Shown here: piece after piece, positions 51,660 through 64,000 of the stretch
How positions within the stretch are numbered: the first letter of the stretch is position 1
Layout: the number at the start of each line of letters is the position of its first letter
Source: Octopus vulgaris
Taxonomy: Eukaryota
Length of the DNA: 64,000 nucleotides
Reading direction: 5' to 3'
NCBI GenBank assembly: GCA_951406725.2
Contig: OX597831.1
Coordinates: forward strand, 65,286,001 to 65,350,000
Notes under the pieces: generated by a model
Told to the model about the DNA's origin: nothing
Seen by the model: only the letters and a program-made list of their open reading frames with translations
The model's database searches: none
Made by a program: the position numbers and the translations under genes

Positions 51660-52057
51660 TACTCTTTTACTTGTTTTAGTCATTTGACTGCGGCCATGCT
51701 GGAGCACCGCCTTTAGTCGAGCAAATCGACCCCAGGACTTATTCTTGTAAGCCTAGTACTTATTTTATCGGTCTCTTTTGCCAAACAGCTAAGTTACAGG
51801 GACATAAACACACCAGCATCGGTTGTCAATCGATGTTGGGGGGACAAACACAGACATACAAACATATATATATATATATACATACATATATTCAACAGGC
51901 TTCTTTCAGTTTCCGTCTACCAAATCCACTCACAAGGCATTGGGCGGCCCGGGGCTATAGTAGAAAACACTTGCCCAAGGTGCCACGCAGTGGGAGTGAA
52001 CCCGGAACCATGTGGTTTGTAAGCAAGCTACTTACCACACAGCCACTCCTATGCCTA
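51660..52057 (-). mobile_element. SINE family A (Rab8 intron 1)
   Basis: Same consensus as the other family A copies. Confidence 0.85.
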
Positions 52058-52289
52058 TGATACACAAAAACATTGAAAGAGTGACTTTTGAAACCTACTC
52101 TCTATCTAACTCTCAGAGAATGAGAATGTAAACTTGAGAAATTTTATCCTAAACAATGATTTTCCTTAAGAAAATCATCACATTTGTAAAGATAATTCAT
52201 AAAAGATATGTCATTTATGTATCTGAGTTCTCTACTTACAAAGTTAATAGAACCCAATTAATATATATTTTACTAATTTTTAAAATCAG

Positions 52290-52350
52290 GTATAGATTTC
52301 AAGATTCGAACAATAGAACTAGATGGAAAGAAAATCAAGCTACAAATCTG
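52290..52350 (+). CDS. RAB8A: Rab8, coding exon 2 (61 nt)
   Basis: Branch point TACTAAT (52271-52277), acceptor aatcag|, (G)IDFKIRTIELDGKKIKLQI(W), donor |gtaagt. Confidence 0.96.
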
Positions 52351-52847
52351 GTAAGTTTCAAATTATTATTTTTTTTTGTTTTTTGTTTTTGCTTTACTGC
52401 TGGGTTACCCATCCTAGAAAGGTATGCAGAATACATTTTAGAAAAAGGTTTAATGTAAGTATTTTATAAATGAAGTAGCTTTAATCTTTATAGAAACATA
52501 TTTAGTGTTCCTTGGAGACAGGCATAAATAAAAGAAGCAAAATGGGGTTATAAACAAAACACCAACTTGGATTTGAAACCAAGTTATAAGAGCCAGCTCA
52601 CTAAATACTTATCAATAGTGTGTGTGTGGATATATATATATATATATATTTTTACTTCGTAGGTTTGAATAATTTTGTGACAAAAGTATCTTAAAATGGT
52701 AGTTAAGGTCTTTGTATTTTCTAAACTTTGCTAATGTCATTGATGTAAAAATTAGTCTGACTTATATGTGATATATAATGTAAATGATCAGAAATGCTAA
52801 ATTTCTAAATCTCTCGTAGAGACATGTACGGTGGTGGGGCGATAGAA

Positions 52848-53109
52848 TGGTTGTATACTGTCAATCTAACACGAACGTGACAGTAGGAGGGTACACCACC
52901 GCTGTTTAGCCCTAGGAAGCATCGACGCCTCCTGATGGCTTTGACATATTTCCTGTGTCCTTATATACATTTACATTGTCTCCCCTTCGTAAATGTATAT
53001 AAGGACACAGGAAATATGTGTCAAAGCCATCAGGAGGCGTTGATGCTTCCTAGGGCTAAACAGCGGTGGTGTACTGTCACGTTCGTGTTAGATTGACAGT
53101 ATACAACCA
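52848..53109. repeat. Foldback with ~120-bp near-perfect arms in Rab8 intron 2
   Basis: 52848-~52974 is the reverse complement of ~52989-53109. Confidence 0.88.
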
Positions 53110-53428
53110 ATGTAAATTATTATCACAATATTTGTGTGGGGAAATAATAAACAATGATTTTTATTTTTGTAAACCAAAATAAAGTTGAATCTGAATCTGA
53201 AAGTTGTTGGCTTATTTTGCATGATTAATATGAATATTTCGTAACATTAAGAATTATAAATATCTTTGTTTTAAAATATGTTACTCCTTGAAGAGTAAGC
53301 ACTGGTTGGGGCAATGAATTACATTTCTGCAGTTTTAGTATTCTTAGTATATAGATTCTGCATATTAATTGCATTTTATCAATCACTAATAGTTATTGTA
53401 ATAGTAGTTGTATTAAGTTACAGTTTTC

Positions 53429-53827
53429 GGATCTTTTCAGTTTGAACGGCAGTTTTTTCTAGCGGTGTCATATGAAATTGTCACCCATAATTATGACCCT
53501 AGTATCGATCTATTGCAATTTAATCTGTGTTAGGGTTAGGGGGAAGGGTATCTTTTTTTCTTCACAAATGTAAATAAACCCAATCTGTTTCTTAAACGAG
53601 GGACATATCCATACGGCACAGAATGTTTTTTTTTACCTCAATAGACGTCATTGATTGGTTGAAATTGCAGAAATTGAAGAAAAAAAACAACAAATATCTT
53701 ACAAACTATAGAATTTTCTCAATAAAGCCAAGAGAAAAAGATGTTTTATAAACACATTCTACGAAGTTTAAAATTTTTTTAGTTACCTAGAAATTGTTAA
53801 AAACTGCCGTTCAAACCGAAAAGATCC
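53429..53827. mobile_element. GGATC MITE (Rab8 intron 2); a truncated copy lies at 57887-57980
   Basis: Same TIRs and body. Confidence 0.9.
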
Positions 53828-54504
53828 GAATAATGTTACACCCATTAGATTTGTTGGCTCCAGAATAAGGGTCTTCAGTCTAGTAATACAACATTGCATT
53901 AAGAAAAGCAGAGGGCTGTCAGAAAGATATAGAAAGTGTACTCTCTTTTGTATTATTAATAAAATTTATTAGTTATCAGTGAGTATCCGACATTACAGTT
54001 GGTGATAAGGGTGAACACTGAGAAACATTTGAAACTTACTAATTTGGAAGAAGCCAATGCTTGGCTTATACAGTTTGAATCAAGACTGCTGGGTGATAAT
54101 GTAAAGATCAAAAACGAAGGCCTACATTTCTTTTTCAACATGCAGAGTTGAGGCTATAATAGAGCTTGAAGATGTTCTTTCTCTTATTTGGATGTTCTTT
54201 TAAACTTTGAGATGCTATATTTACTACTTACCAACAAATGGATGCAGTACTGTAACTAATCAACTCCAAGAAAAGGCTGTTAATTGGAGTTAAAATAACT
54301 TGAAAATGAATTAGTGATGCCCCTCATAGAATTAACCCTCAGGCCTCCTGTCATTTGAATAGGATGAAATAGGAAGAAACCACCGAACGCTGACTTATAA
54401 GCAGTGTCATCTTGAAATGAAATAAAACTGAAGTAACTACTCTTGCCTCTACTATACAGTCAGAGGCATTATTTACAAGTAATAACATCAAACTAAATAT
54501 CAAA

Positions 54505-54915
54505 TGGAAATAGTAGTTGTGATACCTGTGCCGGTGGCACGTAAAAAGCACCATCCGAACGTGGCCGATGCCAGCACCGCCTTGACTGGCTTCTGTGCCG
54601 GTGGCATGTAAAAAGCACCATCCGAATGTGGCTGATACCAGCGCCGCCTTGACTGGCTTCTGCGCCGGGGCACGTAAAAAGCACCAACTGATCGTGGTCG
54701 CTGCCAGCCTCCCCTGGCACCTGTGCTGGTGGCACGTAAAAAGCACCCACTACACTCACGGAGTGGTTGGCGTTAGGAAGGGCATCCAGCTGTAGAAACA
54801 CTGCCAAATCAGACTGGAGCCTGGTGCAGCCTCCTGGCTTCCCAGACCCCAGTCAAACCATCCAACCCGTGCTAGCACGGAAAACGAGCGTTAAACGATG
54901 ATGATGGTGATGATG
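54505..54915 (+). mobile_element. RTE 3' UTR fragment with 4 modules
   Basis: Same family as 6236-6911. Confidence 0.82.
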
Positions 54916-54954
54916 AATTAAGACCTAACATCAGTATTAACAAAAGTCAACATT

Positions 54955-56213
54955 AATAGTCTAGAATCGAAGGGCTTTAGGGTTAACCTAGCAAAAACCA
55001 AAGTCTTAGTAAGTAGGAAGTAAGTAGGAAGGCTGTCAAATCACAATCCCCTTCAAGCAGATGGCCCTACTCAATCTGTAGAAAAGGTGTGGATTGAAAC
55101 TCCATACGATGCACCTGGTGTAATCTATGGACACATAATATCAAAGGAAGGCTAACCGGGAAAATAGTTTTGTGTGTGGGAGATGCATTGTGGCAATAAA
55201 CACTGAAGATGTACAGAAAACAGATTCCATCACATGCAAGGGGAAAAAACTAGAAGTAATAGCTTCTGCTACCTAGGTGACCAAGTCTGTAGACGGGGTG
55301 GTTGCTCTGAGAGTGTAGTGACTAGAGTAAGAATAACCTGGGCAAAGTTCAGGGTGCTCCTACCTCTGCTGGCAACTAAGGGCCTCTTGCTCAGGATGAA
55401 AGGTAGTTTGTATGATGCATGTGTACGAACCGCCATGCTACACGGCAGTGAAACATGGGCCATGAAAGCTGAGGACATGCATAGGCTTGAAACAAATGAA
55501 GCTAGTATGATCCACTGGATGTGTAATGTCAGTGTGCATACACGACACAGTGTAAGCACCCTGAGAGAAAAGTTGGACATAAGAAGCATCAAATGTGGTG
55601 TGCAAGAGAGGCAACTGCTCTGATATGGTCATATGTTACATATGGATGAGGACAGCTGTGTGAGGAAGTGCCACTCCCTAACAGTGGAAGGAACCCGTGG
55701 AAGAGGTAGACCCAGGAAGACAAGGGATGAGGTGGTGAAGCATTGCTTCACAGAGGCAATGACAGATCAAAACCTTTGGAGATTGCTGTGATTGAGAAAA
55801 CCTGGTAACTAAAGTGAGATCGCAGCCATGCATGTCTGGCCCTGTTAAGAATACCCCTGATGCGTCGGGCAATATGATGTATTTGAGAAGATCTGTTGAG
55901 TCAAGTAAAACCAATATTGTAGCCATGGCCAGTTCCCGCTGACTGACTCCTGTGCTGGTGGCACGTAAAAAGCACCAACTGAATGTGGCCGATGCCAGTA
56001 CTCCCTGACTGGTCCCCATGTCGGTGGTATGTGAAAAGCACTATCCAAACATGATCGATGCCAGGCCTGTCTGACTGGCTCCTGTACTGGTGGCACGTAA
56101 AAAGCACCCACTACACTCTCAGAGTAGTTGGCATTAGTTCAGATTGGAACCTGGTGCAGTCAAACCGTCCAGCCCACGTCAGCATGGAAAATGGACTTTA
56201 AATGATGATGATG
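54955..56213 (+). mobile_element. Longer 5'-truncated RTE LINE (end of RT, Cys-rich insert, thumb, UTR modules)
   Basis: GFRVNLAKTKVL, FCYLGDQV, LYDACVRTAMLHGSETW and GRGRPRKT motifs with frameshifts and stops. (GAT)n tail. Confidence 0.85.
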
Positions 56214-58074
56214 AATAAAACCATCTGCACTTAGAGTAATGTTAAAATAGTGAAATGTGGAAATTAGGTGTGGTTGTGTGTGTGTGTGTGTGTGTGTGGG
56301 GGGGCTTATGAGAAGTGTGAATAGTATATGGAATAAGGTGCCACAAATGAGGAAAATAAGGACAGTTTGCAAAGTTTGGTTGATTCAGATTTGGTTATAA
56401 TATAAACAGTGTTAAAATAGTCTCCACACTAGACTAGTTTTAGTGTCAAGAACAAATGCTAAATGTAAATAGTGAAGCATGGGTAGATAACTCTGAATTT
56501 TTCCTCTGCCTTGTATATATTTGAGATATTGGCATGAAAGTAGACAATGAGGCATTGTTCAGTAATTCTTTGCTTCTCATTCAACTGCCTCATCAGATCA
56601 TGTCACAAACACTTAATCACTTCCGACAGCACTGGTCTAAGGATGGGTGAGTTAATTCGGATAAAGTTTAAATTCAGTGATGCAGAAGAATTTTGTATCT
56701 TTATTGTTGTGGGCAACCCTTTCACTTTTGGAATGATTGGAAAAGATATTATTCAGGACAACTCATTTTACTATCTTACTAGAAGTTAGAGGTTTTGTAG
56801 CTCATATTAATTTTTATGATGTGAATTACAATATAATTAGTTCTATTTCATTTACAAAGTGAAATAAAGAAAATGAATTGTTGAGATTGGAAATATTGGA
56901 TATTATTATGCTATCAGATTACTCTAGAATCAGATGAGGAGCCTCACTTGTTTGGATAAGAAAATGATATGAGTTTATTTTATGTGTGTGCTGATTATGA
57001 GGCACATTTCGAATGCATGTATTAACACATTCGTTTCTCATGCCAACATGTGATACAGTCTTTTGTGGCATAACCGATGGGAAATTTTTCTCAACATTTG
57101 ATTTAAAGCATGCATAGTTATAAATAGCTTTAGCTGAAAATGTACAGTGTAATTGTGCTTATTAATTCAGTCAATGGCCTTAGTGAATAGACTTCATATG
57201 GGCCTTAAGAATTCAAGTGGTGTATTTCAGAATTGTATGGAAAGAGATTTAGGGAATCAGAGTATATTGCAATAATATCCTTATCATTTTGTATGCTGAG
57301 AGAATGCATGCAGTAGTTGCCAAATTAACTATGTTGCAATTCTCTAATGAAAAGTCATTCTCCAGAATATGCTTGACTTTACTTGGAATGAATATGTTTG
57401 AAAAGGGAATTTTTTTTCATTACATGACTAAGTAGTGAAACTAAAAAAAATATACTGATACTGAAATCAAAGGACATTGAATAAATTATTATCGAAAATT
57501 ATTCTGCAGAAAATTGAACCACTTACCTCAGCTAATTCTGAAATTCAAGTGGGATAGGAAGAAAAAAAAAAAGGCATTTAAAATACTTACTACTCATCTT
57601 ACTGAAGTTCCAATTTCACATTCAATATGCATCTTACTGAGGATGCATAAAAAATTTGATGGTCAAAAGTTCTAGCAGTATCATACAAAAGCTAATGATT
57701 CATGGCCTGTTTGTGGGCCCTTCGAATCTGCTTACATGGATTGGGTTTATTATTATTATAATATTGGCTATAGCTTAATCATTGTGGATTCATATTAACA
57801 TGGATCAAAACATTTGTTTGTCCACATTGTACAACTGACATAGTTAAAAGTAAGTTGATTGTAGTCTTCTCTCATTTAAGAATTCCGGATCTTTTCGGTT
57901 TGAACGGCAGTTTTTTAAACTAATTTCCACGTAACTAAACACTTTTAAACTTTGTATACTGGTAATTGAGGTGAAAACACTTAGTGCTTGACTGGTACTT
58001 ATTTTATTGACCTTGGAAGGATGAACAGTAAAGTTAACCTTGGTAGTATTTGAACTCAGAATCCGTAAAGACAG

Positions 58075-58410
58075 AAGGTACGGATGTGGCTGTGTGGTAA
58101 GAAGTTTACTTCCCAACCATGTGATTCCAGGTTCAGTCATATTCTGTAGAACCTTGGGCAAGTGTCTTTTGGGCTGACCAAAACCTTGTGAGTGGATTTG
58201 GTAGATGGTAATTGAAATAAGTCTGTGATATATATGTATTTGTCTGTGTATGTTTGCCCCCCCCCCCCCCGCCATCACTGTTTGACAAATTGGTATTGGT
58301 TTGTTTGCATTCTTGTAACTTTGGTTAAAGGGACCGATAGCATAAGTACCAGGCTTAAAAAATAAGTATGGTGTTTGATTTGTTCAATTAAACCCTTCAA
58401 GGCAACGTTC
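58075..58410 (+). mobile_element. Older SINE family A copy flanked by SINE B fragments
   Basis: Degenerate family A head and body. Confidence 0.65.
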
Positions 58411-58624
58411 ACCTTGGTGGAATTTCAACTCAGAAAGTAAAGACAAACAAAATACTGCTTAGCATTCATTTTCTCTAGCATGCTAATGATTCTGCCTGTT
58501 CGCTGCCTAAATAATAATAATAATAATAATATTTATCATTGTCATGTGTTTACCTGATTTTTAGAAAATTAGAATTGTGATTATGATGTGTATATATATT
58601 TATGTATATATATTATTTTAACAG

Positions 58625-58685
58625 GGATACAGCTGGTCAAGAGCGATTTAGGACCATCACGACTGCATATTACAGAGGTGCCATG
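58625..58685 (+). CDS. RAB8A: Rab8, coding exon 3 (61 nt); the gene presumably continues beyond the window
   Basis: Acceptor tttaacag|, (W)[20 protein letters not shown] (G3/switch II), donor |gtaaat. Confidence 0.96.
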
Positions 58686-59379
58686 GTAAATATAAATTAT
58701 ATTTAAAAACTTACATTACCCAATGATATAAATTTTCAAATTTTGTTCTCTCTTTTAGGGGTAAAAATATGCACATTGCCTTTCTTTTCATTTTTACAAT
58801 TTTAATTTTTACAATTATAATAGTAATCATTGTCATTATTTTCATGTCCACTCCTCCTTTTTGAAAATTTAAACCATGAATCTTACAGGTAATATTTTAA
58901 CTTCTATTTTGAAATCGATATGCAATTTTATATGTGTGCATATTTTAAAGAGAAAGATTTAAAAACTAAAAATTGCATTTCCAGTACAATGAATTTTAAA
59001 TGTAAGATATTTGACACAGTTGAAAGCTACATATCTAGTATGTCAACTTTAATTGTTAATATTCTGTGTAAGTGTACAGTTTTTATCTGAACATTGACCT
59101 ATTTCTATTATTTGTCCTATAGGAGTGTAGTATATAACAGTTGAGAAAAGGCCTGGCAACAGTTACTTGTAGGCTTCATATCCCACTTATGTATCATATA
59201 TTTTATATATGTTCATTGTTATCATCATCAATTTTATGTTTTTCCATACTTGTATGGGTTAGATGAGTTTTCTAGTGAATGGATCTATACACAAGCCTCT
59301 TACAATTTACCTTACACTTGAAGAGAGAGTTGCTTTGTTGCCAGCAGAAGTAACAACACCCTGAACTTTTCCTGTCCTG

Positions 59380-62300
59380 ATCTCACTCTGGCTATTACAC
59401 TTTCGTAGTCCCCGCCATTGTTAATTTGGTCTAATTAGGTAAGAGAAGCTATCAATTGCTTTGAAGAGCCTTCCAAGCATTTGAAAGAATTTATTTCGCA
59501 GGTGCTTTTACTGTTAAATCATCATCCTGGTATACTTATTGCATGGATAACTGTGACTTGTTCTCATCGGTCCATTCAGTCTGCCTTAATGCATCGTAGG
59601 TCTTCTCCAGGTCCTTACACAGCAGCTTTATGTTGGCCTGATGTAATCTAGCAACATTTGTGTATCCCTACTTTAGTTCCCCAAGAAGAACGTTACTGAT
59701 TGCTCTCCAGCAATGTCTGGTGAATGTTGTTCTTCCTTCTCCGATGATATGCGATATTAGTGATAAATTACCATATCCTTTGCAATTTTACTTCCAAGGT
59801 ATATGAATTTGTCAACATTTTTCAAGGATTTTCCATACGCAGAGTTAATGTTGCCACTCTGGTTGTACATCATGTATTCTGTCTTATCCAAGTTGACGTA
59901 GCAGCACTTTCAATGCTTCATCTGCTAGTAGCGCCAGCTTATAGGCATAGTCAGCATCTGTGATGGATCACAGTTGGAAAACATCTGCTTTTGGCTGGTT
60001 AACAAGTGAATCCTTTGTCCTTCATCTCATCTACAGAGGTGCATAAGACATAATCTAGACATATAATGAACAGGTAGAGTGTCAAGGTGTTACCCTGGAG
60101 AATACCAGCCACTATATCAGAGAACTCTGTCACCATCTGTAGAATGAACCATAGATTGAGTATTTCTGTACAACATTGTGATGGCATCGATAATTTCCTT
60201 TTGGGATACTACATGCAAGAAGTATTCTATTTTCCCTTTGTAGATTGAGTCAAAGGCCCTTGAAAAGTCCTCCCATGAACTTCTTCAATAACTCTTGGAT
60301 TTTAAGAATTTGGGTGTATGTTGATCTATTTCTTTGAAATCCCTTTTGGTTTTTCCTCAAGATTTTTTAGATCTCCAGTCAGATATGATTGAGTGGCATG
60401 GCATTTTAAACTTTGGCTGAAATGGCAGTGAGAGTAATCCCCCTGTAGTTTTTAGTGACACTGCGATCTCCCTTTGGAAATGAAAGAAAGGATGCATCCT
60501 TTACACCATTTCCCTATATGGTTTTGGTGGTACATAGCATTGAAGAATTGAAGAAGAATGCCATTAAATTCCTTTGTTTTTCCATACTCCAGGTGGGATT
60601 TGATCCAAATTAGCTGCTTTTCTGCTCTTCAGCAATTTTAGAACTGCTTCCAGCTCAACCATAGAAAACCCAAGTTGTATGTTGAGTTGATGATGAATGA
60701 TCTTTCTTATTTCAAAGCTGGTAATTTCAGGTGGTTTACCAAGTAGGTTTTAAAGTGGATCTCTTCATAGTTTGAGTTGTTCAACTTCTCTTGCTGCTTT
60801 CAGTTTGGATTCTGAGGGGCTCTTTCTTTCACTTACTTCAATTACAATTTTCCATGCCATAGATAGTTTCTCTGTAGAAACTTTGATGTTGTTGATTTGT
60901 TTTTGTATATAAAGATCTTGCTCTTTTTGATATTCTGAGGCTAAACCCTTCTCTACTTTAGTGAACTGCTTTAGGTTTTATCTTTTTAGTTTAGAAATCT
61001 TTCTAAGTGTTTCTTTCTTTTTGATAACAGCTGCAGTTTCTCAGCCAATCATACATTTCACTTTTGGTTTCAGAGGGATGCACTTGACTGCTGCTTGCTT
61101 GTGACAAAATTTTTATACTCATTGTTGGGAGTGGTGGTTTTAGAAGTATTTTTCAGGGTTTCATATCTGTTCCTTAATGTAATTGTAAATTGATCACATA
61201 TATCCGGATTTGTTAGAGCATTTAAGTTTGGTTTCAGTTTTTTTTTGTTTGATCTTAGACTGAGGTAAATTTTAGCTGATATTGTCTTGTGGCCAGAAGA
61301 AACTTTATTAAATGTCATGCAGTTCATGGCACTGTTTACCCATTTTTTATTAATGTGTATGTAGTCTAATTGTGCTTTTGTACCATTTGTGTATGTGAAT
61401 GTCCACTTTTTGCCAGCTCACTTTTGATATCTTGTGTTAGGACAGATGAGGCTGTTTTCAGATATGAATTCATGCAGTTATTCTCCATTTCAATTTGTTG
61501 TTTAATCATCGTCATCATCATCATTATCGTTTAATGTCCGCTTTCCATGCTAGCATGGGTTGGATGTATGACTGAGGGCTGGTGAACCAGATGGCTGCAC
61601 CAGGTTCCAATCTTGATCTGGCAGAGTTTATATAGCTGGATGCCCTTCATTATGCCAACCACTCCGAGAGTGTAGTGGGTGCTTTTACGTGCCACTGGCA
61701 CGGGGCCAATCAGGCGGCACTGGCAACGACCTCACTCGAATCTTTTACACATGCCACTGGCGTGGGTGCCAGTAAGGCGTATTTTTGTATTCATCCTTTG
61801 CAAGATGAGCATTCATATCTCCTATAAGCAAGACATTACGACAAGGTATTTGTCTCACAAGATAAGAGAGTTCATGGTAGAATGTGACAACTTCCGCTTC
61901 ATCAGAGACATTTATTTGTTGGGCAGTAGCAAAGATATAACAGTGGTGTGTGGGTGTCCATTAAAAGTTGTTATAATAATTGGAGGATGGATCTCTTCAA
62001 TACTGTAGAGTGTGGGGACTGAGGAGCATTCCTACATTTCACGCTGTAGAGTTGTTAGGGCCTTTCTATGCTGAAGTAGAGATAAAAGTTCACCCATTTC
62101 CAGCATCATGATATTTTACTTTGAGATCACTGTGATTAAAATGGTGTTTTTGTATTCAAATAATACCAATATTTTGCTTGACAGCAGATGTAGTGAGTTC
62201 AGGTAATTGATTTATGGGGTTTAATGTTCGGACATTGAAGATGGAAATGTTGAAATCCTTTTGTTTTTACATTTCAAAAGGTTAGATTTTGAGTTTGACT

Positions 62301-62720
62301 TTGTTATTAACTTTTTGAACACCGTGGCTGAAGCCACACCTTTAGCAGGATGTGCCCCTTGTTGACACATGCGATAGGTGAAGCAGTTTAAGTGTCTGAT
62401 ATGAGAAAAGATTATGCTTTATCTTTCATTAGCTGAACATTTTATGTGGCAACAACTGCTAAACCTATTGATGTTGCAGTTGTTGCCTTACTAAACTGGG
62501 TGGCCCTGGGTCTTGCCTTTTATGATTTCTTTCACCCAGTATCTTTGTGTGTTTTGCCTGGTGGCAGATAGCACCTGCTCTGCCAAAACAAACACATCTG
62601 TCATGCTGCTTCCCCTGGCTTCATCGTGACACCCTGGCTCAAAGGTTTTTCATTGGGTGATTATTTTAACCTGGATCCTAGCCCTCGACCTGTCAGGTGT
62701 AGGTGGCCCTACAGGAGCAC
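59380..62720 (-). mobile_element. Degenerate near-full-length RTE LINE, antisense in Rab8 intron 3, with a nested RTE 3' piece at ~61507-61780
   Basis: RTE-like 5' UTR (GCTCCTGTAGGGCCACC...CAGGTCGAGGG), endonuclease FNVRTL, NYRGITL, and GILQGNTLTLYLFIICLDYVL. Confidence 0.8.
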
Positions 62721-64000
62721 ACATATAAACGTATAAAAAAACATGAAAAATATAAAAATATAAAAAAAATATAAGGTTTAAAAATATAGATATAAATAGA
62801 ATAAAAATATATAAACAATATATACAAATGTACACCTTATTGTTTGGTGTTACCTACTCATGAGTTCCTCTGCCCTTTGACAGGTTTCATCTTTCAAAGG
62901 TTTTTTCAAAATAAATGACAGTGGCTTATTCTTAGTTTGCTCTTACTCTCTAGTACTACTGTTACATCTTTCTGGCATAAACATGAAAAGTGAATTCTTT
63001 TTCTAATTAGTTGTGCTCCAAGTTACTTTCATAACTTGGTCCATCAGTTTGATATTTTTTTAGTTACTTTCCAGAACATTTCCTTAACCTTTGTTGGAAT
63101 TGGTGATATTGCTAAGTTAGTCATTGGGTATGACACTACCTTATACTATCTGATTGAGTTTCTCAAATATTTTCAGCACATCTCTGCTGGTCTGCTTGCC
63201 TTCTCTGTCTTCATATCTTAATTACGCTTTAGACTATACAGCTGTCAATTTTAACGGCCAGTTCTACTGTTAGGGCCCATTTATCACAATCTCTGGTTCC
63301 CTTTTTCCTCTACAGATTCTCCTCATTCAGCAACCACCCATAACATTTCATAGCCTTTTTGTTCTGGGTCTTGGTGAGCATAAATGTACTATTGGCTGTC
63401 ATTCAGAACACGCTTTTCTTTAACAATGACATCATTCATGCACTGACAGTACTTCACATTTGGAACATCTTACACTTCTGATCCTCTTATCACAAAACAT
63501 TGGCAAACCTCTTTCTGTAATTTCTACTTCTCCCTCTGCTATTTCTGATTTTCAGTTTCTCTTCAAGCTACCTGATTACTCACTCTCCCCTTTCATCCAA
63601 AGCTTTCATAGCCCTATCTCCTTCTATTATCCGCCACCATGTGACTTTTTATCTCGCTGTTACCTTGCTCCAGTTACATCTAGTCTGGCTCATAGCAAAT
63701 TGTTTTGTTGAAACTCTCAGTTTTTCTTAGTTATAGGTCAATTTCTGAAATTATGTAGCAGAGGGATCTCCCATCTCCTATACCTCCCTTCTTTAGATTG
63801 TTTTGTACATCTGAATTAATCTAGTATTTACTTTGAAGTCACTAATCTATATTGAGTGCTATATTCTTCTTCAGAGTAAAACTTAATATTCATAACCATT
63901 ATCTCTCTTATTGTCTGGTTAATGGGAAATCTGTCTGGCTTGTGTGATCACCTGATTGGTAGACAATCAATTGGCTGGCTAGTTTCCTGAAGTTAGTGTT

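Noticed and set aside
54525-54746. CRISPR-like repeat-spacer periodicity
   Set aside because: The 'spacers' are homologous to each other, the array lies in a LINE 3' UTR repeated across the window, there are no cas genes, and the DNA is eukaryotic.
63240-63960. Pyrimidine-rich, possibly LINE-derived sequence or a further Rab8 exon
   Set aside because: No GIMLVYD-type exon 4 was found, and there is no diagnostic TE motif.

Overview
AT-rich, repeat-dense metazoan DNA. The SINE and RTE families look like those of Octopus (recognised from memory, not from a database search). There are two divergent spliced host genes: a complete GEMIN8-like gene on the minus strand (coding exons 15391-14950, 13762-13703, 12964-12756; 236 aa) and the first three coding exons of a Rab8 gene on the plus strand (42424-42547, 52290-52350, 58625-58685). 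The rest is nested transposable elements: tRNA-derived SINEs, RTE, L1/Tx1 and CR1-like LINE relics, mariner and Tigger relics, MITEs and foldbacks, a Helitron-like element, and a Gypsy LTR nest. The most notable items are: (1) a cluster of minimal type-I hammerhead ribozyme motifs at 2.2-4.3 kb, one pair inside a ~205-bp-arm inverted repeat; (2) a variable-copy array of ~60-66-nt modules in an RTE 3' UTR that can fold as H-type pseudoknots; (3) an RTE ORF ending in three C2H2 zinc fingers; (4) GG-terminated MITEs with mostly 8-bp target-site duplications (TSDs), including a family carrying TTAGGG repeats, one copy with a 34-bp flanking duplication, and a 49-bp mini-element; (5) Gypsy relics with tandem and over-long tRNA-Trp primer-binding sites. 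No prokaryotic system or CRISPR array is supported.
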